From positions 1 through 30,938 of the forward strand of contig JAWODC010000042.1 in the NCBI GenBank assembly GCA_046483495.1: a stretch of DNA of 30,938 bases. Reading direction: 5' to 3'. This document shows, piece by piece, positions 17,243-27,867 of the stretch (position 1 is its first letter; the number at the start of each line of letters is the position of its first letter). The stretch comes from Desulfobacterales bacterium. Its GTDB lineage: Bacteria; Desulfobacterota; Desulfobacteria; Desulfobacterales; UBA5616. The notes beneath the pieces were generated by a model that searched no databases, was not told the origin of the DNA, and saw only the letters and a list, made by a program, of their open reading frames with translations. A program made the position numbers and the translations under genes.

Positions 17243-17369
17243 CGATACCGATCCCTATCCCGATACCGATACCGATACCGATACCGATCCCGATACCGAT
17301 ACCGATTTGGAGAATTTTGATCCATTCTCCGATCCCAACGATCCTAACGATCCCAACGATCCCAACAAT
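17243..17369. repeat. Hexamer (cgatac/cgatcc)n run followed by a 9-mer (gatcccaac)n run
   Basis: Directly visible tandem repeats at 17243-17306 and 17331-17369. Confidence 0.8.
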
Positions 17370-17486
17370 CAAATAACAATTTTAATTGACCTTTCAGACA
17401 ATTCCTTTATGGTGAAAGAATATAATCTGCGCTCATTCATCATTAGGATCGTACAAAATCACAGAAACACGATAGACCAAACGATA

Positions 17487-18716
17487 ATGAAAGGCTCCAA
17501 TCAAACGATAGATGAGCTTCTGGCTGAAAATGCAAGGCTGAAACAACAGTTGGCAGAGGCTGAAAAAACACTGGGTGCCATACGGAACGGCGAAATAGAC
17601 GCCCTTGTGGTATCCGGCCCCAAAGGCAACCACATCTTTGTATTGAAAGGCGCTGAACAGCCGTACCGGATACTTGTCGAATCGATGAGTGAGGGGGCAG
17701 TGACAATGATGAATGACGGCATTATACTCTATAGCAATCATCGATTCGGTGAAATGCTCGAATGGCCCATTGAAAAAATAATGGGCCATTCGATTTTCGA
17801 TTTCATGGATGCATCGGAAACTGCGGTGCTGGGGCCGCTGCTGGCCGGCAGGTCAGACGGCAAGGCGAAAGTGAATATCATCAGAAGAGACGGCAGCCGA
17901 TTTCCCGTGCTGATCTCCTTAAAGCCCCTCCCACTGGAAAACGACGAAACCTTTTGTGCGATACTCACCGATCTGAGTTCCCAGAAAGCGGTCGAGGATC
18001 GTTTAAGAGCCTATGCAAACGATCTGGAAAAGAAGAATAAGGAATTGCAGGAGTTCGCCTATATCGCTTCACACGACCTGCAGGAACCCTTGAGAAAGAT
18101 AAAGACGTTCAGCGGCCTGCTGAAAGTCCATGAGGGCATCGGTGAAAAAGAAAAAGACTACCTCCAGCGAATACAACGGGCGGCCCTGCGCATGCAAACC
18201 CTCATCCAGGGGCTTTTAACCTACTCGCGTCTGACCACACAGGCCAGGCCGTTCGTCCCCGTCGATTTAGAGGTCGCAGCCAAGGATGCCTTGTCCAATC
18301 TTGAAGTGCTCATCGCGGAGAAAAAAGGAAAGGTCGAGGTCGGCAGTCTGCCGACCATCTACGCCGAACCCTTCCAGATACTGCAGCTGTTTCAAAATCT
18401 GATCGGCAATGCCCTGAAGTTTTGCAAAAACGATGAACCGCCGGTAGTGAGAATCAGAGCAAGCATTCACGAGAGCGATCGAACGTGCCGAATAACCGTT
18501 GCGGATAACGGCATCGGTTTTGACGAGGTGTATCTCGATCGCATTTTTATACCGTTCCAGCGCCTTCATGGACGGTGGGAATATGAAGGCACCGGGATCG
18601 GCCTGGCCATTTGCAAAAAAATCGTCGAGCACCACGGCGGACGATTGGATGCTGAAAGTGCGCCGGGAAAAGGATCGACATTCATCATAACGCTTCCGAT
18701 GAAGCAGGCGGTATGA
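17487..18716 (+). CDS. PAS-domain sensor histidine kinase (cytoplasmic)
   Basis: H-box FAYIASHDLQEPLRKI, N-box QLFQNLIGNALKF, DNGIGF and GTGIGLAIC; start placed at ATG 17487 because the upstream extension is translated repeat. Confidence 0.88.
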   Translation: MKGSNQTIDELLAENARLKQQLAEAEKTLGAIRNGEIDALVVSGPKGNHIFVLKGAEQPYRILVESMSEGAVTMMNDGIILYSNHRFGEMLEWPIEKIMGHSIFDFMDASETAVLGPLLAGRSDGKAKVNIIRRDGSRFPVLISLKPLPLENDETFCAILTDLSSQKAVEDRLRAYANDLEKKNKELQEFAYIASHDLQEPLRKIKTFSGLLKVHEGIGEKEKDYLQRIQRAALRMQTLIQGLLTYSRLTTQARPFVPVDLEVAAKDALSNLEVLIAEKKGKVEVGSLPTIYAEPFQILQLFQNLIGNALKFCKNDEPPVVRIRASIHESDRTCRITVADNGIGFDEVYLDRIFIPFQRLHGRWEYEGTGIGLAICKKIVEHHGGRLDAESAPGKGSTFIITLPMKQAV

Positions 18717-18768
18717 ATCCGGCTCTTCCTTTCAGCATCCTTTGCCTGAAGACTCGACCGAAATTAAA

Positions 18769-20004
18769 CTAAAACGTTCCAAGCGATTGTGGACGGAAAA
18801 GATTCGGGTCCAGTCCACTGTTGAGTTTAACGTCGGAAAAATATCCCAACGTCCAGTAAAACGTTTTAAAATCGGTAATGCCGCTCGTCATCGTGAAGCA
18901 GTACGGCTCCTTACCTGCAGGGACATCGTTTGATTTTGCCATTGCGAGTTTTTGCGATTGGAAGTAGCCTTTCCAGAAGGCTCCCGCTTTGTCGAACACC
19001 TCCGCGTAGTTGATTTTCCAGTTTTCAGGCATAACCCAGATGATTCGTTTGGCCATCGGGTACCTGGGATCTTTGGGAGTCACTTCGATGCAATAGGAAT
19101 CCTTAAGCTCCCATGGTTCTTCGGGTGCGTATACAATGGGATGCTCCCATTTCTTGCCGGGCACTTCGTGAAGCCAGCGATTCTGGTGTGCCAGAACCAT
19201 GATTTTCTGGGTTCTCAAGAGCTTGTATTCGAATTTGGGAATCTGGCCGTCAAATCCGAAAATATCGTCCCAGGTCAACGGCGTACCCCGTATGGGGTTC
19301 GCCCTCTCCGAAGAAACCAGGCGCAGGGTACGCCGGAGGGTGGGCAAATAGGTCCACATGTCGTCATCTTTTTGTGGGTTCTTATAACGCCAGCTTAAGG
19401 TCGCCATGTCCTTGTTCGGCGGGGTTTCGGAATCCAGAATCGTTGCCCAGAAAAGCTGCCTGGGGTTTTGGTGTTCCGGTACAGGCGGGACCATCGTCCG
19501 ATTGGAAAATCTCAGGCAGTCATAACTGGCGGTGGTGTGCGTCACTGATCCGCCCTTGCGTTGATTAAAGGAGGAATACGTGCCGCCCGGCATGCTCCAA
19601 TCATCCACGAACCAGGCATAATATCGGTTCCACATGATTTTCAAGGCCAGGTTCGGCTCCTTTGGCTCCATAAACGGCAATCCCTGGTTGGGGTATCCCT
19701 CCAGCAGGCCGTCGTCCGTCAATGTCACTTTGCCAACATTATTTTTTGTCATCTCCAGAAATCGTTTTCCGACCGGAAACGGTTCGGACTCTCGAACATG
19801 GATCACCACGGGCTCTTTAAAGCCCCAACCGTCTTTTATGTATCGGGCGATAAAGGACGGGAAGTAATCTTCATATTGGTCTATATTCCCGGAAGAAATA
19901 ACGTCGCCGGCTTTTGGCTCCGCAGCAGAGGCGACAAACGGGGAAAAAAGGAAAAAAATCATGAGAAGCAGTATACATGTTGTGCGTGATTTGCTTACAT
20001 TCAT
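18769..20004 (-). CDS. DUF1329 family exported protein
   Basis: Signal peptide (..VASA-AEP), GLPF..P..A..IMWN, DDMWTYLPTLRRTLR and TWDDIFGFDG. Confidence 0.75.
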   Translation of the reverse strand: MNVSKSRTTCILLLMIFFLFSPFVASAAEPKAGDVISSGNIDQYEDYFPSFIARYIKDGWGFKEPVVIHVRESEPFPVGKRFLEMTKNNVGKVTLTDDGLLEGYPNQGLPFMEPKEPNLALKIMWNRYYAWFVDDWSMPGGTYSSFNQRKGGSVTHTTASYDCLRFSNRTMVPPVPEHQNPRQLFWATILDSETPPNKDMATLSWRYKNPQKDDDMWTYLPTLRRTLRLVSSERANPIRGTPLTWDDIFGFDGQIPKFEYKLLRTQKIMVLAHQNRWLHEVPGKKWEHPIVYAPEEPWELKDSYCIEVTPKDPRYPMAKRIIWVMPENWKINYAEVFDKAGAFWKGYFQSQKLAMAKSNDVPAGKEPYCFTMTSGITDFKTFYWTLGYFSDVKLNSGLDPNLFRPQSLGTF

Positions 20005-20491
20005 ATTGACCTTCCCTTCAGCTTAAGATCCCGTAACGTTAAGATAAGTTGTGTTGAGCAGCTAATAAGGTGCACGTAGGGATTAACAGGCAATCACCCC
20101 CCTTCCCCTGAGTAGGGTTTGAAATTATGGAAAAATTGCCTTTATGCCGTTCGGAGACTGCGGATTGGAAAGGAGCAAGTTGCTTTATCAGACGCCGGCA
20201 AGCATAGTATTAAATTCATTTTATAAATACATTATAATATTATGAACGTCAAGAATAAGCGAAATACTCTTTTTATAGGGAAGCACCCGAAGAAAAACAC
20301 GACGTGATAATTACCGACCCGCAGTTGCAATTTTCAGGATTTTCTAATATGTGGATATCCACACATCGAACATGGGCATCTTTCTGATAATCGCAACACA
20401 AAAACAATTTTCAAGGAACGTGGCGGACCGACGGTATCCGCTCGTTTCCTGACCTGATGAAGAACCCGCAAGATTCAAAAAGGAGGAATGA

Positions 20492-21388
20492 ATGGAAATT
20501 CAAAATTACCTGAACCACGCAAGCACCTGGTTGCTTTCCAGTGGATTGAGGATCTTGCTGATCGTCATTCTGACGTTGGTCGCCCTGAGATTGGCCAGGT
20601 ATGTCTCTGTTTGGATATTTCCGAACTCGAAAAAAAAGAAGGATCCCGAGTTTCAAAAACGAGCGGATACGCTTGGATCGGCGATTCGCTATTTGCTCGT
20701 AATGGTCATTCTCCTTGTGGCGGCTATCACGATCATGGGTGAAATCGGCATCGAAATCGGGCCTATTTTGGCTGCCGCCGGTGTTGTCGGCCTGGCCGTC
20801 GGCTTCGGCGCACAAAACCTGGTGCAGGATGTGATCAGCGGGTTTTTTATTTTAATGGAAGACCAGATTCGCGTGGGGGATGTCGTCCAAATCGCGGATA
20901 AAGCCGGGCTCGTCGAAAGGATGAACCTGCGGATGGTGGTACTGAGGGATCTTGCAGGAAACGTTCATTTCGTTCGCAACGGCCAGATCCAGGTGGTGAC
21001 AAATATGACCAAGGATTTCAGCCGATACGTGTTCGATATCGGCGTGGCTTACCGGGAGGATGTCGATGAAGTGATCGAGGTCATCAAACAGGTGGATGAA
21101 GACCTCCGGAACGACCCCCAATTCAAGGATGACATCCTGGAGCCGATCGAGATCCTCGGGCTCGATCAATTCGCGGACTCCGCTGTCGTCATTAAAGCGC
21201 GCACCAAGACAAAGCCGATCCATCAGTGGGCCGTCGGACGCGAGTTCAATAAAAGATTGAAGAAAGTTTTCGATGAAAAGGACATCGAAATCCCCTTCCC
21301 GCACACGACCCTGTACTTTGGTCAGGACAAGCAGGGCAATTCGCCTCCGATGAGGCTAAAAAGTGATGGAAAAACGGGTAATGGGTAA
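20492..21388 (+). CDS. MscS family mechanosensitive channel (YbiO-like)
   Basis: AGVVGLAVGFGAQNLVQDVISGFFILMEDQIRVGD and IEIPFP; RBS aggagg. Confidence 0.92.
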   Translation: MEIQNYLNHASTWLLSSGLRILLIVILTLVALRLARYVSVWIFPNSKKKKDPEFQKRADTLGSAIRYLLVMVILLVAAITIMGEIGIEIGPILAAAGVVGLAVGFGAQNLVQDVISGFFILMEDQIRVGDVVQIADKAGLVERMNLRMVVLRDLAGNVHFVRNGQIQVVTNMTKDFSRYVFDIGVAYREDVDEVIEVIKQVDEDLRNDPQFKDDILEPIEILGLDQFADSAVVIKARTKTKPIHQWAVGREFNKRLKKVFDEKDIEIPFPHTTLYFGQDKQGNSPPMRLKSDGKTGNG

Positions 21389-21427
21389 TGGGTGTTGATG
21401 GGCCATTCACAAATCAAAGGAGCTTTT

Positions 21428-22159
21428 ATGAAACAATCACGGCTGCTGATTCTCGCTCTCATTCTGTTTATCTTTCTCGCCCCTCACGCTCGAGCCGCGG
21501 AAAAAGAAAAAAAATGGTCGGATGAGGCTGAGCTCGCGCTGGTGGACACGGGCGGAAATACCAATACGACAAGTCTTTCAGCTAAAAACCGGCTGGAATA
21601 TGAATTTACGAATCGAATTACCGGCACCTGGGAAGCGGCTGTCTTGTATGGTGCTTCCGAAAGTGAAACATCTGCGGAACGATATGCAAGCGAGATAAGG
21701 GTGGATTATTTGTGTACGGATCGGTTGTATACCGCGGCCTTCGCCGGGTGGGAGAAAGACAGGTTCGATGGATTGGACAACCGGTTTTATGCCGGTCCGA
21801 CGGTGGGTTATAAATTTTTGATCGGTCCCCGGCACTTTTTTAAATTCGAATCCGGTTTGAATGTTGTTTACGAGGCGTACACCGATGAAACCGAAGAAAA
21901 TTTTGTAAAGGGACGCGGTTTCGGCGAATACAGGTATTCATTTTCCGAAAAAACCAATTTTACACAGACCCTCGAACTCCTTACCAATGTACAAGAAATG
22001 AGTGATTATGACCTGCGCTCCAAAACGTCACTTCTTACATCGATAAGTGATTTGCTTTCTCTTAAAACAAGTTACGTGTTGGATTATGACAACGACCCCC
22101 CCGCCGGCACCGAGTACACGGATCGATTTCTGTCGGTTACGCTCGTGGTAAATTTTTAA
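21428..22159 (+). CDS. DUF481 / YdiY-like outer-membrane beta-barrel protein
   Basis: Signal peptide AxA, TGGNT, DRFDGLDNR..AGPTVGY and C-terminal Phe; RBS aaggag. Confidence 0.8.
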   Translation: MKQSRLLILALILFIFLAPHARAAEKEKKWSDEAELALVDTGGNTNTTSLSAKNRLEYEFTNRITGTWEAAVLYGASESETSAERYASEIRVDYLCTDRLYTAAFAGWEKDRFDGLDNRFYAGPTVGYKFLIGPRHFFKFESGLNVVYEAYTDETEENFVKGRGFGEYRYSFSEKTNFTQTLELLTNVQEMSDYDLRSKTSLLTSISDLLSLKTSYVLDYDNDPPAGTEYTDRFLSVTLVVNF

Positions 22160-22188
22160 TAAAAACATTTCGTAAAGGAGGTGGTTTT

Positions 22189-22935
22189 TTGATTTTATCA
22201 CAATTTTCCCTGAAAGATAGAATTGCGATCGTTACAGGTGCCGGGAGAGGAATCGGAAAAGGCATCGCACTCGGGTTTGCGGAAGCCGGCGCACACGTAG
22301 CCGTGTGTTCCAGAACCCTGGAGCAGGTTGAGGCCACCGCTTACGAAATCCGAAAAATGGGAAGAAAGTCCATTGCAATGCAGGTGGATGTTCGAGACAG
22401 CTCCCAAGTGCAGCAGATGGTCGACCAAACGGTCAAGGAATTTTCACGTATCGACATACTCGTCAACAACGCAGGCGGCGGATTTCATGCGCCGCTGCTG
22501 GATTTGAGCGAAAGGGCCTGGGATGCCCTGATCCGGGAGAACGCCAGACCGATCTTTCTCTTCAGCAAGGCCGTCGCGGCCAAAATGGTGGACCAGAAAT
22601 CAGGGAATATCATCAACATCAGTTCCATCGCGGGGTTGGGCTCCGGCGGCGGCGCCTACGGGGCGGCAAAGGCGGCGGTAAACAACCTGACGGTATCCAT
22701 GGCGCTGGAATGGGCCCCCCACAATGTACGGGTAAACTGCATTGCACCCGGCACGATCGAAACGCAGGCTTTTCGGGATACCAATGAAAATCTCGACGAA
22801 CTCCGATCGCAAATTCCGCTTGCGCGTTTCGGCAAGCCCGAAGATGTAGCCCTTGCCGCTATTTATCTCGCATCTGAAGCCGGTCGATATGTAACCGGAG
22901 AAATACTCGTGGTTGACGGCGGGTTGAGAATTTGA
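22189..22935 (+). CDS. Short-chain dehydrogenase/reductase (SDR)
   Basis: TGAGRGIG, NNAG, YGAAK, VRVNCIAPG and VDGG; TTG start after aggaggt. Confidence 0.92.
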   Translation: MILSQFSLKDRIAIVTGAGRGIGKGIALGFAEAGAHVAVCSRTLEQVEATAYEIRKMGRKSIAMQVDVRDSSQVQQMVDQTVKEFSRIDILVNNAGGGFHAPLLDLSERAWDALIRENARPIFLFSKAVAAKMVDQKSGNIINISSIAGLGSGGGAYGAAKAAVNNLTVSMALEWAPHNVRVNCIAPGTIETQAFRDTNENLDELRSQIPLARFGKPEDVALAAIYLASEAGRYVTGEILVVDGGLRI

Positions 22936-22967
22936 AAAAAAGGGCCCGGGATTTATCCCGAGCCCTT
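22935..22967 (-). terminator. Rho-independent terminator of the tRNA-Val/Asp transcript (possibly bidirectional)
   Basis: Minus strand gggctcggga-taaa-tcccgggccc followed by a T run. Confidence 0.75.
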
Positions 22968-22975
22968 GATATTAA

Positions 22976-23053
22976 TGGCGGGAGCGACGAGACTCGAACT
23001 CGCGACCTCCGGCGTGACAGGCCGGCGTTCTAACCAAACTGAACTACGCCCCC
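22976..23053 (-). tRNA. tRNA-Asp(GTC)
   Basis: Cloverleaf, anticodon loop CT-GTC-AC, TTCGA, encoded CCA. Confidence 0.97.
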
Positions 23054-23069
23054 GGATGTAACCGTGTTA

Positions 23070-23145
23070 TGGTAGGCGGAACAGGGCTTGAACCTGTGAC
23101 CCCCGGCTTGTAAGGCCGGTGCTCTCCCAACTGAGCTATCCGCCC
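23070..23145 (-). tRNA. tRNA-Val(TAC)
   Basis: Cloverleaf, anticodon loop CT-TAC-AA, encoded CCA. Confidence 0.97.
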
Positions 23146-23202
23146 GTATTCCACCCTCGTCCCGAACCCCTGCATTCAAGGGCCCTGCCGAATGGATGGC
23201 TA

Positions 23203-23231
23203 CGAGTATCAGGGAAAATCTGCATTGTCAA
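23203..23231 (-). promoter_or_regulatory. Putative sigma70 promoter for tRNA-Val/Asp
   Basis: Minus strand TTGACA-17 bp-TACTCG. Confidence 0.45.
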
Positions 23232-23270
23232 GCCAAAAACAAACAGCACAAACAGCAGCCGCAAATCCAA

Positions 23271-25706
23271 TCAATTCAGAGGACGGGGCGCAATGTCTTC
23301 ATTCGCATTGATTTCAATGGGGATATCGATTCCCTGAAAGAGGCAGTCGCCTTCATTCAGAATCAGCGAATGCGTCAACACCTCGTCCATGTGGTCCACC
23401 AACAGGATCTCGACCTGCTTTGAAATCGATTTCGGAATATCCTTGAGATCCTTTTCATTTTCCGCGGGGACGATCACTTTTTTGATGCCGGCCCGGTGCG
23501 CGGCAAGGATTTTTTCCTTGAGCCCGCCGATGGGCAGAACCCTTCCCCTTAAGGTGATTTCACCGGTCATCGCGATATCCCGGTGCACCGGTCTTTTCGC
23601 CAATGCCGACACCAGTGATGTACACATGGCGATTCCTGCGCTGGGGCCATCCTTGGGAATGGCGCCTTCCGGAATATGGATATGGATATCCGTTTCCTTG
23701 TAGAATGTCGGATCCATCATCAGGCAATGGGCACGCGACCTGACATAACTGAGTGCAGCCTCGGCGGATTCCTTCATGACATCCCCGAGCTTGCCGGTCA
23801 CCGTAAGCTTGCCCTTACCCGGCATCAGAAGCGTCTCGATCATGAGCAGTTCACCGCCTACATGCGTCCAGGCAAGACCCGTAACGATCCCGATCTGGTC
23901 CTTTTCCTCGATTTGTCCGTAACGGAACGTCGCCGGACCGAGATATTTGTGAACCATTGTAGCCGTAATTTTAAAGCCTCTGTCCTCCTTGCTCTTCAGG
24001 GCATCCCGCGCAACTTTGCGGCATATCGACGAAATCTCCCTTTCCAGGTTCCGGACACCCGCTTCCCGCGTATAGTTTTGAATCACGGCATAAACGGCAT
24101 TCTTGGAAAATTCGACCTTTTTGCCCTCAAGCCCGTTTGCCTTGATCTGCTTGGGGATTAAAAAATCACGGGCGATGTGGTATTTTTCATACTCCGTGTA
24201 ACCCGGCAGCCGAATGATTTCCATCCGGTCCTGAAGGGGCAGCGGAATATCCGGAAGCGTATTGGCCGTGGTAATGAACAGAATATCCGAGAGGTCATAA
24301 TCCAGATCCAGATAATGATCATTAAAGCTGAAATTCTGTTCGGGGTCCAATACCTCAAGCAATGCCGCCGAGGGGTCCCCACGAAAGTCCATGCTCATCT
24401 TGTCCACTTCATCCAGGCAGAATACCGGATTGCTCACACCGATTTTTTTCAGGGATTGGATGATTTTGCCCGGCAAAGCGCCGATATAGGTGCGCCGGTG
24501 CCCCCGGATTTCGGCCTCATCCCGAACGCCGCCCAGGGACAGGCGAACGTATTTCCTGCCCGTGGCCCGGGCCACTGATTTTGCCAGGGAGGTTTTCCCG
24601 ACACCCGGAGGACCGACAAGACACAAGATCGGGCCGCGGATTTTCTGAACCAGGGTCTGGACCGCTAAATATTCCAATATGCGCTGCTTCGGCTTTTCCA
24701 GACCGAAGTGGTCTTCATCGAGAATCTTTTCCGCTTCCACGATATCCGTATTGATCTCGCTCTTCTCGTCCCAGGGAAGGCTGAGGATCCATTCGATGTA
24801 GTTTCTCACGACCGTGGCCTCGGCGGACATGGGGGTCATGAGTTTCAGTTTTCGAAGCTCCTGCCTGGCTTTCTCAGTTGCCTCCTTGGACATTTTTTTC
24901 GTATTGATCTGGTCTTCGAGCTCTTTCAGCTCATCGGCGGATTCTTCGTCAGCCCCCATTTCCTTTTTAATGGCGCGCATCTGCTCGTTTAAGTAATAAT
25001 TCTTCTGTGTTTTTTCCATCTGATCTTTGACGCGCTGTTTGATGCGCTGATCCATACGGAAAATTTCGATTTCCATCTTGATCAGGTCCAGAAGAATCTC
25101 CAGTCGATCAATCGGCGAGACAGCCTCGAGCAGCCGCTGCTTATCGTCGATTTTAAACGAAAAATGAGTTGCCACCGTATCCGCCAGTTGCGATGGATCG
25201 GTTATCGCCGCGACATTATTGACAAGATCTTTTGAAATATTTTTGTTCAAACCGGCATACTCTTCAAAAGCCTCGACGATCGTTCTCATCATCGCGGTGC
25301 TTTCGGCCTCGGAAACATCCGGTTCGACAACCGGTGCAACCTCCACCTGGAAAAAATCCTTTTCCTGAATAAACCGGGTGATGCTTCCCCTGGTCTGTCC
25401 TTCCACCAGGGCTTTTACCGTCCCATCGGGAAGCTTGAGCAATTGCAGCACCTTCCCTATCGTGCCGATTTGACTGATGTCCTTTTCCTTGGGATTGTCG
25501 ATTCCGGCATTCTTCTGAGTTGCCAGAAATACACTCTTGTCCTTATTCATGGCATCCGCAAGCGCATTCACGGATTTTGTCCTCCCCACAAACAACGGCG
25601 CCACCATATGCGGAAACACGACGATATCCCGCAGCGGCAAAAGGGGAAGAAGTATTTTCGATGAGAAATTTTCATCATCTTTAAATATCTTGGATAAATT
25701 TATCAT
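23271..25706 (-). CDS. lon: ATP-dependent protease La (Lon)
   Basis: [19 protein letters not shown] and PKDGPSAG. Confidence 0.98.
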   Translation of the reverse strand: MINLSKIFKDDENFSSKILLPLLPLRDIVVFPHMVAPLFVGRTKSVNALADAMNKDKSVFLATQKNAGIDNPKEKDISQIGTIGKVLQLLKLPDGTVKALVEGQTRGSITRFIQEKDFFQVEVAPVVEPDVSEAESTAMMRTIVEAFEEYAGLNKNISKDLVNNVAAITDPSQLADTVATHFSFKIDDKQRLLEAVSPIDRLEILLDLIKMEIEIFRMDQRIKQRVKDQMEKTQKNYYLNEQMRAIKKEMGADEESADELKELEDQINTKKMSKEATEKARQELRKLKLMTPMSAEATVVRNYIEWILSLPWDEKSEINTDIVEAEKILDEDHFGLEKPKQRILEYLAVQTLVQKIRGPILCLVGPPGVGKTSLAKSVARATGRKYVRLSLGGVRDEAEIRGHRRTYIGALPGKIIQSLKKIGVSNPVFCLDEVDKMSMDFRGDPSAALLEVLDPEQNFSFNDHYLDLDYDLSDILFITTANTLPDIPLPLQDRMEIIRLPGYTEYEKYHIARDFLIPKQIKANGLEGKKVEFSKNAVYAVIQNYTREAGVRNLEREISSICRKVARDALKSKEDRGFKITATMVHKYLGPATFRYGQIEEKDQIGIVTGLAWTHVGGELLMIETLLMPGKGKLTVTGKLGDVMKESAEAALSYVRSRAHCLMMDPTFYKETDIHIHIPEGAIPKDGPSAGIAMCTSLVSALAKRPVHRDIAMTGEITLRGRVLPIGGLKEKILAAHRAGIKKVIVPAENEKDLKDIPKSISKQVEILLVDHMDEVLTHSLILNEGDCLFQGIDIPIEINANEDIAPRPLN

Positions 25707-25939
25707 ATTATTTCCTTTGTCGATTGTATTTCACCGGGTTCGGTGATCGTCTGTTTGCGCGGATTCTCATTCGATCCGTCGGCACAAGCCGAACGGCATT
25801 CGCCGTTTTCCGCACAAAAGCAGCAGTTTCAATGTCTATCGGAGGGTCCGGCATTCGCGCAAGTTCAGAAAACAACCATCAGGCCGCCACATTTTCATTC
25901 GGCCGAACCGGGGATGACCGATATTCACCTCACCCGCCG

Positions 25940-27184
25940 TTATGCCTGTTTTTTCTTTTGTTCGTACAACAAAATCGGCTCTTCTTTATTCAGTATGACA
26001 TCCTCGCTGACCACACATTCTTTGACACTTTCAATGGAAGGGATATCATACATGATGGCGAGCATGCTGGTCTCCAGTATGGCACGCAGTCCTCTTGCCC
26101 CGGATTTTCGCTTTACCGCCTCCTTGGCAATGGCCGACAGTGCGCTGTCCGTAAACCGCAAATTCACGTTCTCCATCTCGAAAAGCTTCATGTACTGCTT
26201 GATCAGGGCGTTTTTCGGCTCTTTCAGAATGCGGATAAGCGACTGTTCACTCAACTCGTCCAATGTTGCGATTACCGGAAGCCGCCCCAAAAACTCGGGA
26301 ATCATACCGTATCTGATCAGGTCTTCGGGCTGAATCAGCTTCAGGATGTCACCGATGCTGGTGTCACTCTTATTGACGATCTGCGCACCGAAACCGATGA
26401 CCTTGGAACTGACACGCCGTTTGATAATCTGGTCGAGCCCGTTGAAGGTCCCACCGCATATAAACAGGATATTCGACGTATCCACTTTTACGAAATCCTG
26501 CTGAGGGTGCTTCCGGCCCCCCTTTGGTGGAACACTGGCCGTTGTGCCTTCGATAATTTTCAGCAGTGCCTGCTGAACCCCCTCACCTGAAACGTCCCGT
26601 GTAATCGACGGATTGTCGGATTTGGACGCAATCTTATCGATTTCATCGATGTAAACGATGCCGCGTTTAGCTTTTTCCACATCGTAATCCGCATTCTGAA
26701 GCAGGGACAAAATGATGTTTTCGACATCCTCTCCCACGTATCCCGCCTCCGTCAAACTCGTGGCATCGGCAATGGTAAACGGCACGTTGAGAAAACGTGC
26801 AAGGGTCTGGGCCAAAAGCGTTTTGCCGCAGCCGGTCGGCCCGATCAACAGAATATTGCTTTTCTGAATCTCGACATCTCCCGTGCTGATGCGTGAATTC
26901 AACCGTTTGTAATGATTGTATACCGCAACAGACAGGATTCTTTTTGCGTGGTCCTGTTCGATGACGTAATCATCCAGCTTGTCCTTGATCTCCTTGGGAA
27001 CCATGAAATGTTCCAGAGATTCGGTTTCCTGCTCCTTTTCCTCCTGGATGATTTCACTGCACAACTGAATACATTCGTCGCATATATAAACTGCGGGTCC
27101 TGCAATCAGCTTGTTGACCTCTTTTTGGTTTTTTCCGCAGAAAGAGCAAAAGAGGTTGTCATTGGAGTCATCTTTTCTTGGCAT
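25940..27184 (-). CDS. clpX: ATP-dependent Clp protease ATP-binding subunit ClpX
   Basis: CSFCGK Zn finger, [22 protein letters not shown] and IGF loop. Confidence 0.98.
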   Translation of the reverse strand: MPRKDDSNDNLFCSFCGKNQKEVNKLIAGPAVYICDECIQLCSEIIQEEKEQETESLEHFMVPKEIKDKLDDYVIEQDHAKRILSVAVYNHYKRLNSRISTGDVEIQKSNILLIGPTGCGKTLLAQTLARFLNVPFTIADATSLTEAGYVGEDVENIILSLLQNADYDVEKAKRGIVYIDEIDKIASKSDNPSITRDVSGEGVQQALLKIIEGTTASVPPKGGRKHPQQDFVKVDTSNILFICGGTFNGLDQIIKRRVSSKVIGFGAQIVNKSDTSIGDILKLIQPEDLIRYGMIPEFLGRLPVIATLDELSEQSLIRILKEPKNALIKQYMKLFEMENVNLRFTDSALSAIAKEAVKRKSGARGLRAILETSMLAIMYDIPSIESVKECVVSEDVILNKEEPILLYEQKKKQA

Positions 27185-27197
27185 CTATTGCCTCCAT

Positions 27198-27803
27198 CTA
27201 TTTTGCCGAATCTTCGAGATCATCGCGACTGGCCATGACCTTGTCGATAATCCCGTATTCTCTGGCCTCTTCACCCGACATGAAAAAATCACGATCCGTA
27301 TCCTTTTCGATCCGGGCGAGGTCTTTTCCCGTGTGTTTTACCAGAATGCGATTCAGGTTGTCTTTTACCCTGAGTATCTCCTTCGCCTGTATGGCGATAT
27401 CCGATGCCTGGCCCTGCGATCCGCCCAAGGGTTGATGAATCAATATCCTGGCGTTGGGAAGCGCATATCGTTTTCCCGCCGCCCCGGCGGCGAGCAGCAG
27501 CGCCCCCATGCTCGAGGCCTGGCCGATGCACACCGTAGCGATGTCCGGCTTGATGTACTGCATCGTATCGTACACCGCCAGCCCGGCCGTTACAATTCCC
27601 CCGGGTGAATTGATGTAAAAATTGATATCTTTTTCGGGATCCTCCGATTCCAGGAACAACAATTGGGCGATCAGCAAATTGGCGATATCGTCATTGATCG
27701 CAGAACCCAAAAATATAATCCGGTCTCTTAAGAGCCTGGAATATATATCATAGGCGCGTTCACCTCTGCTGCTCTGCTCGATTACCATCGGTATGACTGT
27801 CAC
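27198..27803 (-). CDS. clpP: ATP-dependent Clp protease proteolytic subunit
   Basis: [25 protein letters not shown] and IHQP; GTG 27803 with aaggag RBS. Confidence 0.97.
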   Translation of the reverse strand: MTVIPMVIEQSSRGERAYDIYSRLLRDRIIFLGSAINDDIANLLIAQLLFLESEDPEKDINFYINSPGGIVTAGLAVYDTMQYIKPDIATVCIGQASSMGALLLAAGAAGKRYALPNARILIHQPLGGSQGQASDIAIQAKEILRVKDNLNRILVKHTGKDLARIEKDTDRDFFMSGEEAREYGIIDKVMASRDDLEDSAK

Positions 27804-27867
27804 GTTTATTAACTCCTTTTGAAGTGCAAAATTTTCGGGCATGCGCAACCACCCGAACCTTCCCGGA

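Noticed and set aside
17229..17486. N-terminal DTDTDT/DPN extension of the histidine kinase
   Set aside because: Translation of intergenic tandem repeats that also occur outside genes; the start is better placed at 17487
17487..18716. Link to a KaiBC cluster (the AIRNGEIDALVV segment recalls kinases found beside kaiBC)
   Set aside because: Recollection only; no kai genes in the window
22976..23145. Integrative element at tRNA-Asp/Val
   Set aside because: No integrase and no duplicated tRNA 3' end seen in the window
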